Origin: Paramecium tetraurelia
Lineage: Eukaryota
Direction: 5' to 3'
NCBI GenBank assembly: GCA_000165425.1
Contig: CT868672.1
Span: forward strand, 302,048 to 339,195
Length of the DNA stretch: 37,148 nt
Shown: positions 1 to 11,886 of the stretch, piece by piece
Numbering within the stretch: position 1 is the first letter of the stretch
Layout of the letters: every line of letters begins with the position of its first letter
Notes under the pieces: generated by a model
Told to the model about the DNA's origin: nothing
What the model saw: only the letters and a program-made list of their open reading frames with translations
Database searches by the model: none
Translations under genes and position numbers: made by a program

Positions 1-400
1 AATTGCAAATAGATGATTAATTAGCTATTCCAGATAAGGCCAATAATAAATTCATTGAAGAATTGAAATAGAAAAAGGAGAAGGCAAACAGACTTACATG
101 CAAAGTGAATGAAATTAATCCATCCTTATTGAAATCATCCCCCAAGTAAGAATAAAAGAAATAAATAACAAATGATCTGTAGGAAGTTAAATCCTTTGAT
201 GATAAGTATCATTATTTGTTTATATTGTTAGAAACCCACCAGCCAACTATTTGTAATAATTGGATCCAATTGAACTTAATCCAAAGAATTACAAAGGAGT
301 TCCTGCAGATTGGTTACATAGAATACCATTTGCAGGTAAAAAGTAGGAGATTGTGAAAAATGGATAATAAACTAGGGAGTGTTTCGATTATGGATTTTGA
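1..400 (+). CDS. 3' end of a hypothetical protein (5'-truncated by window)
   Basis: LQIDDQLAIPDK...SFDDK / intron 206-231 / NPPANYLQQLDPIELNPKNYKGVPADWLHRIPFAG...RECFDYGF, TGA at 398-400. Confidence 0.75.
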
Positions 401-473
401 TTCTAGATATATTATCTTTATTTTCTATATATATATAATACTAATTTAATATTAATTTATAAACAAAAATTAA

Positions 474-2233
474 TCAAAAAAATTAATAATAATTTGATAA
501 AATTGATTAGATATCTTATTCCCATTGAGTTTTGTATTTATCTTTTCTGTGTTTATTCACAATATCCTCATCATAGATAAATGTTGATTAATAGAGTTCT
601 TATATTATTTTGGATTCTTAAATTACCAAATGTTGAGTAGGCTATTATTATTATTATTGATTTGACGAGATAATTTAATGGTTTGGCTGTTGTTATATTT
701 CAGTAGGTATTTATTCTTTTAGATCTTCTATTTAATCAAGAATATTTTGGACTTGATCAGATTCTTGATTATTTTCAATACTCATTTATGTTTGATTAGT
801 AGGACAATTAGGTATTAGTTTCTATTCATTTTCAGAATTTTCAGTAACTTCTACCACACTGTTTCTTGAAATTGCTCTAGATTTTGATTTTGGTTCTTTT
901 TATAGATCTAATGTAGTCTTTCGAGAAATGAGTTTAGATTGTCTTTTTTAAATTTCTTTTTTTAGAATGATAGCTTAATCTTCTTAGAATTACTGTTATT
1001 CTAATTTCTTAGGTGGAGTAGCTGGTAATTTTAATTTTTGTTCAAGAATTTATTATGCATTAAATTTATTATTTCTAGAAGTCATAGTAGATGGAGAGTC
1101 TGGAGTTTTAGGTGTAAGTGGACTATTAATTGACTTTATGCTGCTCTTCCTTCTATTCATTTGTGGTTATTGGGTAATCTCTTGTTAAACTTAAATTGGC
1201 TAAATTGAGTATTGTTTTGTTGTTCTTTTATTTAAATTAGTGGTTCTTCTTCTGGTAGTGCTATTGGCTGGTGAGCAATCAGTCATTTGATCTGTGAATT
1301 ACTCTATTTAATCTTGGGATTGCTCAAAGTCTTTTTCAGATATTTCATTAAAGTCAAGATTATTAAATTTTTCATCAGCTTCAGTTTGAAATACAATGGA
1401 GATATCCATTCCATCGAAAAGACTTTCACAATTGCGTTTAGTAGGTCTTTTATTTTCAAATAATTTTTTTAATTATTCAATTCGATCGACTAATTCAAAA
1501 TCCACTAATCATAGACGTATTATATATTACATTTGAATTGTTCATTAGTTGGATTAATATAAAACTCGTTATAATCTTGATTAACAAGTTTGAATTGCTT
1601 TTTTAATTAGACCAATTTAATATAGACATTCTTTTTATCTGATTATCTAACATAACCTTTATGAGATTTGAGTATGGCTTGTACTTGAGTGTAAATATCT
1701 TACATTTTTTCTTGGATGACTTTCTTCTATTCTATGTTTAGTGGTTCATTTTTATCTTCAGTCTTGAGTATTAATTTGGAACTTTTGGATTATTATTATT
1801 TATCTGACTATTTTTGAATATAGGGTTCAGTTTTTTTATATTGTTTTGAAGAGATGGATTCTTGTATTTTTTTTTTGGTTTTGCTTAGATTTTTGATTCT
1901 TTAAGTCAATTTTTCAATTTAATCACTAATTATATTTTTGCTATTTTCGTTTCTTTAAACACTTTTTTATTGTGCACTAAAGATTTCTTAGTCATTAAAC
2001 GATGAATCCACTCTTTATATATTATAACAGGAATATCGACAATATTACAGGGGAGTGGAAAGGGATCCCCTCGAGATATTATCAGTTCTAGTTTTAGGGG
2101 GAGAATTAGAATAATCGTAGACGTTATTAATGGATCTAATTGTAGGTTTATTTGATTTTTCTCTAGATTTTTCTAGATTCTTTATGCTTAATTGTGGCAA
2201 TCTAAAATTCAGGGATCTAGTTGTTGTTATCAT
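474..2233 (-). CDS. Hypothetical K/Q/S-rich protein
   Basis: ATG at 2233 (MITTTRSLNFRLPQLS...), one 26-nt intron at 1505-1530, ends ...KYKTQWEQDIQSILSNYYQFF with TGA at 474-476. No recognisable domain. Confidence 0.7.
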
Positions 2234-2418
2234 TTTATTTAATTATTTATTAATTTAACTTTAATTACTTAATTTTATTGTCATCTTAATCGAATGAAAG
2301 GAAAAAGAGATATAATCTTAAAGAAGATACCATGTAGTTATAATGTGAATGAAAATAATTTATAAAGTGTGTGAAGCAATGAAGAAATCAAATAATATTT
2401 AAAATATTTAAATATAAA

Positions 2419-3786
2419 ATGGCATATCAATAGCCTTTTTACATGGCATCACCATAAAGACCCCAACCTCAGCCTTAATCCTACATTCCACCCCCCTAAG
2501 TATAGGCAAGACCATAATACCCTCCTCAAGGCTAGTATCCTCCTTCAATACCATAGGTACATTTTGAATTTATTTTGAATAATTTAGGGATATCGTCCTC
2601 CCCAACCATACGGTTATCCTCAACCTTAAATAGTTAAATAACCATTACCGCCTCAACCCCAAAGGGTCTCCTATCCATAACAACCAATCGGATATCAACC
2701 ATAATAACCACCCCCTCAAACCTATCCTCCTTAATAAGTATATCCATAAGGTCCCATCTACACTCAGAGTCCTTAGAGACCAAATCCAACCCAACCATAT
2801 CCATAGCAACCTGTAAGAGTGTCATTTTTATTATAGAATGTTTAACAGTACAGATAACCATAGCCTCCCCAGACACTGCCTCAAAGAACTGTTCCCCCCC
2901 AATAATATCCACCATAACAATATCAACAACAACCACCACAAGGAGCTCGTCCTTATGCCCAACCCTAACCATAAGCTCCAGCCTAGCAATTGGCTTTGGC
3001 ACCCATTCAAAATAAAGTTGTCCAACCGCCACACCAACCAGTTCCATAATAGCCCAAACCTCAATAAGTGCCATAATACAGACCACCTGACCAATAATAA
3101 TAGCCATAACAGCCTCAATAATACAAGCCCTAATAGTTGTCATAGAAGGATGAAGATTTAGAGAAGAAGTTCTAAGATGCTATAGACAGGACAAGAGATT
3201 TAGTTCAAAGATACTAGAATCCCCAATAAAATTAATATTAACCTCAAAAGTAATAGCAATAACCTCAACAGCCATAATACGAAAAGTAATCAATTTTTCA
3301 ATCATCCTAGTCCTGAGAATAATGATCAAGATCAACAACTCTAAGATTTGGCATTGTAGTATGAGGATGGTTACATCTATAGAGGATAAGGTTTTGAGCC
3401 AGCAACAAGAGAAGGATTCGGAGTCCTAACTGATTAGAACGAAAACGAAGTTTATAGTGGATATTGGCATGAAAACCAATACCATGGTCAAGGCAAGTTG
3501 ATCAATTTCCAAGCTGAGCAAATTGATGGCCCATTCGACTATTAAGACCTCAGTGGCATTGATAACGGCTGGTTAGGTTATGAGGGTATGAGATCTTTAT
3601 AATGACTAAGGTGAATTCTTCGAAGGCAAAATGCATGGTTAAGGAACACTTTAATTAACTAATGGTGAAAAGTTTGAAGGCAAATTTAATGATGGAATGA
3701 TTGATGGAGAAGGAGTATACACAACTGTCAATGGATAAGTTATCAGAGGAGTTTGGAAGGAAGGAATCTTGGCAAGTTATATGTGA
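2419..3786 (+). CDS. Pro/Gln/Tyr-rich low-complexity protein with C-terminal MORN repeats
   Basis: MAYQQPFYMASPQRPQPQPQ... followed by YSGYWHENQYHGQGKL, YEGEFFEGKMHGQGTL, FEGKFNDGMIDGEGVY (MORN consensus). Introns 2557-2587, 3286-3310, 3586-3610, and possibly 2813-2836 (in frame either way). Confidence 0.9.
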
Positions 3787-3885
3787 TCCCATAAAAAATA
3801 TAAATAAATCATATTTTTAAATTTATTATCATTACATCCTTCCTTAGACTCTCTATTCATACTATTTAATTAATATTATTAAGTA

Positions 3886-4251
3886 ATGTTTTGTTGTTCG
3901 ACAAACAAATCAACTCTCAAAAAGTCAACCCAAATAAAGATCCAACATCAATCTTTCGATCAATCCATTAATCAAGAATTAGATAATCAATAAATCGCTA
4001 CTCCACCCCAAGTTCACAAAAAATTAATGAAAAATCCTCCACCCTAATAAAAGTTTTTTGGATAAACTACAAAATCAGAATCCAAAATAAGAGATTCTAA
4101 ATTGATTTAACCTATCAGAAACATTTAGCATAAGGCCTAGAATCCTTTTAAAAAATTCGAAACATACAAATTATTAAATATTAATGGCAATACTGAGTTT
4201 TTGGCTGTAAAAGAATCCTACACCCTACTCATCAACAAGATATCAGCTTGA
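3886..4251 (+). CDS. Small (121 aa) hypothetical protein with N-terminal MFCCS motif
   Basis: Intronless ATG-to-TGA ORF (MFCCSTNKSTLKKSTQ...LLINKISA) filling the gap between two genes. Confidence 0.65.
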
Positions 4252-4329
4252 TCACATTAATATTTGTATTTCACAAGACTTATTATATAAATAGTTATTT
4301 CTGTAATAAACAAACAAATAATATTAAAC

Positions 4330-5861
4330 TCATTTAGAAAGTTTTCTGTGTTAACAATCTTAATCTAAAAATCTAGTTTCCATTCTGTACTGCAACACTT
4401 CATCTGATTATTTATCACCCAAGTATAGTTCAGATTATTCAATATTCGTTTTTGATGAATTTTCTTATGAACTCTCTATTGCAAATAAAAAACTACTCTT
4501 TCCACTCATCATTTGTTTACTCCTTACAACAAAGTCACTTAACTTAAAATTTCCATAATCATTTTTATTCTTATTATCATTATTATTATGGTTAAAATAA
4601 ACATGATTCATATTATTCTTGTCATTATTTGTATTACCATTTTGGATTGGATTTAAATACATTGGACTTGAAATTTTATAAGGATTCATAACATCACTTA
4701 ATTAGAGACAAGTTGCAATTTTAAAATCACAACACTTAGATTTCTTTTTTGAAATTTATGTGTCATCCATAGTTTTATCATATTAACTAGTTTTCATTGA
4801 AATCCAGGGATGTAGCAATAATTCTTCTGCTGACAAACGGTTTTTAGGATCTTTGGCGAGTATACGTTTTAATATATCTTACTGTAAATAATGCAAATCT
4901 AAGAATTCTTATTGTCTCCATGGATTGTAATTAGTATTAGTAATAGTTTCAATTGTATCAATAATTGTGTCGGCCAAGAAGGGAAATTTGTGACATAATA
5001 ATTAATACAAAATAATTCCACAGGACCAGATGTCAACTATAAATTTAATATTAATAAAGTACTTTTTTCATTGTAAATTCCACATAGAAATATTTCAGGG
5101 GCTTAAAACAAAATGGTACCTGTTCTTGTCCACATTTCATGAATGATGATTCCATTTTTATCTTTATTAAAGAACTGTTTGGATACGCCAAAATCAATAA
5201 TTTTAATTTCAGTTTGATCACTTAGTTTCACTAGAATGTTATCTGGTTTAATATCTCTATGACAAATTCCTTTGTGATGTATAGATTTGAGAGAAATTGC
5301 TAAATTACTTATAATTTCTCTAATTTATTTAATCGTCAGTTGATTTTTATCAAGATAATATTACAAATTCTTCCATTCGCAATATTCCATGACCAAATAA
5401 GATACTTTTTCATTTTCATCTATAAATAGATCGAAAACTTAAATAATCTATGGCAACGAATTTAGCTCTCTGTTTATTATAAAAGTTTGTGTGATTGTGT
5501 TTATTAATTCAGGATCATCAGCATTCGGTATAATTTTGACTGCGTATTTGGTTGGAATGTGACCAAAATTAAAGAGTTAGCTGGATTAAGTCTTTTTGTA
5601 ACAAACCTTCACAATTCCATTTGAGCCTTAGCCGATGATAGAACCGACTTAGTATAAATCATGAAAGCGATTCTAAATACAGGGTGGTTATTTTTAGTCT
5701 GGTTTAGCCTAGGGCTAAATATTTAATTAAGTATTGCTTGTTGATCTTTTAATAATTCGAGAATTGTCTATATTTTTATTAATTGTTTCTTTTTTAGTAA
5801 ATAGAGATTACTTAATTTTCGATCTCATTTCATCAAATTATTTATCTCTATTTGTTTTCAT
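4330..5861 (-). CDS. Ser/Thr protein kinase, CAMK-group-like
   Basis: IGQGSNGIV, YAVKII, ICHRDIKPDNIL, IIDFG, GTILFQAPE, VDIWSCGIILY, RLSAEELLLHPW. One 26-nt intron at 5037-5062; Asn-rich C-terminal tail. Confidence 0.93.
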
Positions 5862-5967
5862 TATAAAATATAAAATAATAATTTAATATGTATTAATCAA
5901 CATAAACATTTTATTAAATATAAAATTATATTATATAGTTGACGTTGATTCTAACACAAAATATAAA

Positions 5968-7344
5968 TCAAATCATTTCTTATTCCCTTTATTTATTTAC
6001 AATGATTTCACTGTTTAAACAAAGTTATTATCATCTCCAACCTCAAATTCATCTATTTTTTTATTGAAATTGTCTTCAAAAAATGAGAAGAAACTATGTT
6101 TTGAAATTTTGGATCTATAAGCTGGCATAAATATTTTGGATGCCAAATATTCCTTACAAGATTTCCTTTTCTATGGGTTCTTTTGGAGCATTGATTTCAT
6201 AATATCTACGATGTTCTTGTCTTAATTTGTATTTGGAATTTGATATTTTCCAGCAATATTATTTTATAATATTTTCTTTTAATCCTTTCCGAATGGGTTT
6301 TCATTAAAAAGCCTAAATTAGAATAGCTCATACATATAGTATAAAAGGACTCCCAATTGGTATATGTTGGCCTAACTGGAGATATGAGAATTCATTTGGT
6401 ATTGCTCTGGAGGAACAAATCCAATGGAATTGCCTTTTCTAAAATTCAAATTGAAAATTACATTTGAGATCGATTCTAGGTTTCAAAGATCGAGTGTGAG
6501 AAATTACAAAGATATATAGAGTTGAACTCCTGAGAGTAACATATATTTTCCAAGGTAATCCCATTATGAATGATATTTAGCTCTTCGAAGATGTTTAAAA
6601 CTAAATTTTGAATGTAAATACCTAAAAGTAGTTATTCCAAGATTTCAATAATAAAGGAGACTGGTGGATTCTTGTATTTTTTCAATATTTGCCTAAGTGA
6701 AATTTAGGGAGAACTTTAATAAATAATTGAATAGCATTCTCCATCAAATGTGAGTTAGTCTATTTTCATTAAATATGGACATCGTTGGATATTTAATAAT
6801 TAAATTATACGTATTTCTTCAGGCACACCATCACATCCATAATCTGTGATACTTGAATTAGATATTTATTATGAATCTAATTAATTTATTCTTTTTTCAA
6901 TATATTTTTTACCATTATGTCTATTTATTATTGTCGATAACTAGAGATAATACTTATTGATACTTAATGTGTAGACATCGACTCATTTATTGTGTCTAAA
7001 GTATAAATGTCGTTCCTTTTGAAAATAAATTTTCCTGCAGAAAATTCTTGCATAGAGTCTAACTAAATTGGGGTTCCAAAAAGTTTGTACAACTATCCAT
7101 GAAAATGGATTATGAAATACAAATTGTCTTCACCTTATTTGTTTATGTAGGGACTCCAATCAAATAATACTCCATCATCCTGAAAGTCAATGTTTAATAT
7201 CAATGAATTATCAGAAGTGTTCTAAATAAATGTAATACTTACAATCATTTTCAAACCATTCACCTAAGGAATCAATTGGACAGCTTATTTGTTCCCTTTC
7301 TAAAACTTTAGCCCTTCAATTAGAAATAAATCGTTTTGATTCAT
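5968..7344 (-). CDS. Pseudokinase (kinase fold with degenerate catalytic motifs) with N-terminal extension
   Basis: KKYIEKRI (beta3), IIHNGITLENICY (HRD loop), YLCNFS (DFG), GFVPPEQ (APE), ANIYQLGVLLYYMLFNENPF, MLQKNPQKR. Introns 7222-7242, 6941-6963, 6601-6621, 6439-6461, 6313-6333. An alternative in-frame ATG lies at 7431. Confidence 0.82.
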
Positions 7345-8787
7345 GAGATCTGTGTAGTAGAAGATTTAGTTATTTTATAAAATAAATATTAAAATCTTCC
7401 CTTTTACTATAAAGGATTTATATATAATCATTCAATTTCAATCTGAGTCGGATGGATAGAAAATGAAAAATAATTATTTATTAATCTTTCAAACTCAACT
7501 AATTACCAAATTTTAACCCTTAACTTTAGGATGATGAATAAAAAATTAATTAAATTCAGTGATTTTGCTCTCCTCCTTATACAAAAAAAATAATTAAACC
7601 TTATAAATTTATTACATATCACTATTTAATTTTTATTATAGTTAGACATTAAAAATATAATTATCATTTTTCTTTACTAAAAAGTCATAAATACAACATC
7701 AAATATATTGAGTTGTATTAATTCAATATCATTCTAATGCTAATCAAAAACTATATTACTTTTCTCATCCTCCAATATTTTTAATTTTCTAATTTTTAAT
7801 ATTTCATGCAAATCCAACTATCACTTAATACCTTGAGTCGAGATTACACTTCTAGTTTCAATCTTTTCTGGGGTTGAAAATATCCATTTTAATTTTACAT
7901 TAAATTTTACATAACACAGAATTGGTTTTAAAAGTATATTTAGGTCCCTATAAATTAATCTCTGAATACTTTATTTTGTCGAAAATGCAATAGAATAAGT
8001 ATACCCTATCTAAATCTATGCATAATGTATTAATTTTAGAAAATACAATTCTAAGTGAATTTCTAAGAATTAGAAATAATATCCGATTAATTCCGATTGA
8101 AGCAATTAGTAGAAATTGCCAAATTAAAATATCTTATATGGAAATGACTTTTACATACAATTTACGATTTTTTTCATTCCACAGACTATTAAGCAATTAA
8201 TAGAAGCTAAATTTTCTTTAGTAATAATCATAGAATCACGTTTTTTAAAATGTTGTATTACCTCACTTTCATTTTGATAACATACATTAATCAACTTAAT
8301 GAATGATATCTTCTTCTATTATCTGAGTTTCTTAAATAATAAATCAAGTTCTCTCTGAAATGATCCCGTATACATAATGTATAATAAAGTCATCTCCTTT
8401 AAAAATGCACTTTATTTATATATATTTTTATATATATATTTAATCATTAATTGAAGATCAACATATTCCTTTCTTTATTTTTTTATAAATTTAGAGAAAC
8501 ATTAAATCATCAAGATTTAATATATAATAAAGGATGATAAAAAATGCATGGAAATGAGATCAAATAATTTGATATATAAAATACATATAAAAATTAATAT
8601 TATTTTTATTCATATATTTAAGTATGAATATACTTATTATTATTATAATCAAGATGTATCTCTAAATTTCTAATGATTATTATTGACTGTTAAACGAATT
8701 AATTGAGAAATAAAATGACGTACTATAAATAATATTACGCAAAATATATTAGATATAATAATTTAAGGTCAGTTTTTATTTATTCTA

Positions 8788-10475
8788 ATGTTACGACCGT
8801 AAACAAACTAATAAGAAAAAAACATATTCAATTTAAATAGTGTTTATTTATAATAAATTGTTAGTTAAGGTTGGAAAGTAATTATTACAAATAATAAATT
8901 AGAGATATGAAACAGATTTTGAAGAAATAGAAACTTTACTCAAAGGTCCTTATTATTAGGTTGTGAAAGTGATTAATAAAATTGACTAATAGATCTATGC
9001 TATAAAATAGGTAAGGAATGCATCTAAAATAAGATTCAAATTTGTTTAAAAAAGCAATAACAAATGGAAATTAACATTCAAAGAGTCTTGAAGGAAGTTA
9101 GATATTTGGCTCAATTGAATCATCCAAACATTATGAGGTATTATAACTCATGGGTTTAAATGAATGAAGACGAATAAGAGTTACAATAGACAATTACAAA
9201 CAATTCAATAAAGATGATTGATCTCTTAAGTCCTTTGAAATCGCCAACTTATAAGAGAGGGTTGTACGATGATCAATTTATATTTCCAAGTAATTTTATC
9301 ATCAAATACATTAGAATAAATTGACAATAAGTCAAGCAAAGAGAGGATCAGCTATTCCGAAGTAGAATCAAGTGATTCTGATTCTAATGAGACACAAAGT
9401 GATAGATTTTTTAGTGAACAGAAATAAAAAAATAAGAGTTTGAAGATTAGTACTTAACTGATAAGTAAATCCTGTGGTTAGAAATAATTACATGTGGATA
9501 AATTTACTATATTTATACAAACAGAATTCTGTGATCAATCTTTATGTAATTATTTAAAAGTAAGAAACACGCACCTATAACAGAATGCAGAATAATAGGA
9601 ATACTAGTTAGAATAATCATATGAAAATGCATTAATAATCTCATTAAACTTGATATCTGCTCTTGAGTATATTCATTAACAATGTAAATTAGTTCATCGA
9701 GATTTGAGACCAGACAATATCTTTATCAATAATGAAAATGATGTAAGAATAGGGGATTTTGGATTAATGAAAAAAATTAAGTAATTGTTGGTCCAAAAAT
9801 AATCCTCTAAATAACAGTATGGTTTTATTGAGGAGAACACTCAAATTAATAAATCTGATGATTTAAAAATATATGTTGCTCCAGAACTATTGGGAGAAAA
9901 CATAAACAAGTAATATGACAATAGAATCGACATATATTCTTTTGGTTTGATTCTATTGTTACTCTTTTATCCTACCTTCTCTTAAGAAAGTCAAATGCAA
10001 TTATTATTGGATGCAAAGGATTCACAAACTCTCCCATTTAAATTCATACAAAAAAACCCTATAGTGAGTGATATAGTGTTGAAATGTTTGGATAAAGATC
10101 CCAATCGAAGATACAGTTTAGAGTATATAAAAAGGAAATTGCAGGAAGTTCATTATCAATTTGAGAGGTAACAAAGAATGAATTGCATAGAATTGGGAAT
10201 TTATAAAATCAAATTTGAAGATGAAGAGATAGAATAATCTAAGTAATATCACAATTAATCTTAGATATTTGAAATTGATAGATGGTTAATTATATTTGTT
10301 TAAATCTAAAGTTCATAAGAAGGCTTAGGCAATTTATAATGTGATCGAGTGTTAGATCAGAATGGTTGAGAATACTATAGTGGTTTGTCATGAACAATTG
10401 ACTACAATTAGCATAGTTCTTAAGGATGAGGAGGAAACAGAATCATTGAAATAAAAATTATTATTATTAAAATGA
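8788..10475 (+). CDS. eIF2-alpha-kinase-like (PEK/GCN2/HRI-type) protein kinase with kinase insert and possible C-terminal PH-like region
   Basis: RYETDFEEIE, KIDQQIYAIKQI, VLKEVRYLAQLNHPNIMRYYNSW, Ser/acidic insert, IFIQTEFC, VHRDLRPDNIF, RIGDFGL, YVAPE, DIYSFGLIL. Introns 8878-8902, 9011-9033, 9290-9314, 10243-10264. Confidence 0.85.
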
Positions 10476-10532
10476 ATATGCTATTAATTCGTTTTTAATA
10501 TAAATCGTTTTTCATTATTAAGTTTATCAGAA

Positions 10533-11678
10533 ATGAAATACATCATGATTGTTTTGTTGGCCTTAGCAGCTACAAGCTCAGCATCAAAAACTTAAGACTA
10601 AATTTTGGCTCTTTTATAAGTAAAAAGTCTCATTATTCAAATAGACAGGAACAAAAGCAAGTGATGCTATTGATACAGTCTTTGGATTGTTGAACGATTT
10701 GAAATAATCAAATATTGATGCATAATTCGCAGCTGATCAAAAGAATGAAACAGATGAATGGGTTGGTGCATAGTAATTATATATTCCAAATCTTTAGAAC
10801 AATTGAATAATTCACCAAAATCAAGGCCTTGAACTAGAAGTTATTCCAATAAGCAGTTGAGAATAGAGCTGAATATGAAAGTGTTTTGTAGCAAACCAAA
10901 AACTATTTGGCATGGAATGAAGCCAGAAGAGACTCCATCGCTGCCAAAATTGAAACACTCCAAGACAACCAATGTTTCAGCAACTAGTTATTCGTCAAAT
11001 CCATCAAACACAACTAAGAAGCCCTTGAAGTTATCAGACTTTTAAAACAAGACGTTGCTGGTTATATTATCAATGGAGATTCCTTCGAATTCACATAAGT
11101 CTAAGCATAATCAGTGGCTGAAAAGTTGAAATAATACAGCAATTTATTCTAAGAACATCAAATCAAAACATTCTTGGCCTTAGCTTAAGAATAATAAGTA
11201 ATATTCATCTATATTTCTCATTAGGAATAATCATCAGGAAACGGATCAACCTTGGCTGAAAAAGTGTTGGCAGTCTTGGAAGGATTACATTCTGAATTGG
11301 AAGGCTCATTAGAAAATTTGAAATAAAATGAAATCAATGCCTCATGGGAATTGGCTGGTTGGGTCTCATTATCTGAAGCTGAAATTACATCATTGGAAGT
11401 TGAATATGAAAGAAAATAAGTCTTTGCTGATAGAACTGCCACTGTAATACTCCATTCTTATTAATCTATAGTAAATCCAAGCTGCCTTGGCCCAATAAGC
11501 TAAATCTAAAATCATTTTATAAGAATCACAAGATGCCTTGGATCAAGCCTAATCCGATTTGGAATCAAAGAGAGCTGATTATGCAGAAGCCAAAGCTAAA
11601 AGAAACGAAGAGAATGCCATCTTGGATGAAGTAATCATAATGTTCAAGAAATAAGTTGCTTCATGGTCAGGAAGATGA
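10533..11678 (+). CDS. Trichocyst matrix protein (TMP)/granule lattice (Grl)-type secreted precursor
   Basis: Signal peptide MKYIMIVLLALAATSSA, LLQTG motif, then two acidic coiled-coil halves. Codon usage is more GC-rich than in neighbouring genes. Introns 10620-10644, 10773-10797, 11198-11224, 11444-11471; ends ...KKQVASWSGR TGA. Confidence 0.8.
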
Positions 11679-11886
11679 TATCTGTGATAGATATACAACA
11701 TTATGTCATTTATTAAGCAACATCTTATTATTAATATTTATGTTTATTCACTTATTATTTTTTCATAAGGATAAACATTTTATTATATTTCTATAATTAC
11801 AATCAACAATCTTTCTTTTAAGCGTTAATGTTAATGTTCTTTTATTTTATTATGAGAAATCTAAATTAAATTTAATTAATAAATAC

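Noticed and set aside
2634..3161. Track ORFs 2634-3143(-), 2831-3118(-) and 2838-3161(+)
   Set aside because: Antisense or off-frame shadows of the P/Q-rich coding repeat of the MORN gene.
7640..8400. About 180-codon minus-strand open frame from ATG ~8393, and track ORF 8018-8200
   Set aside because: Long open frames arise by chance when only TGA stops. No recognisable motif or intron support; it could be a relic but I cannot support it.
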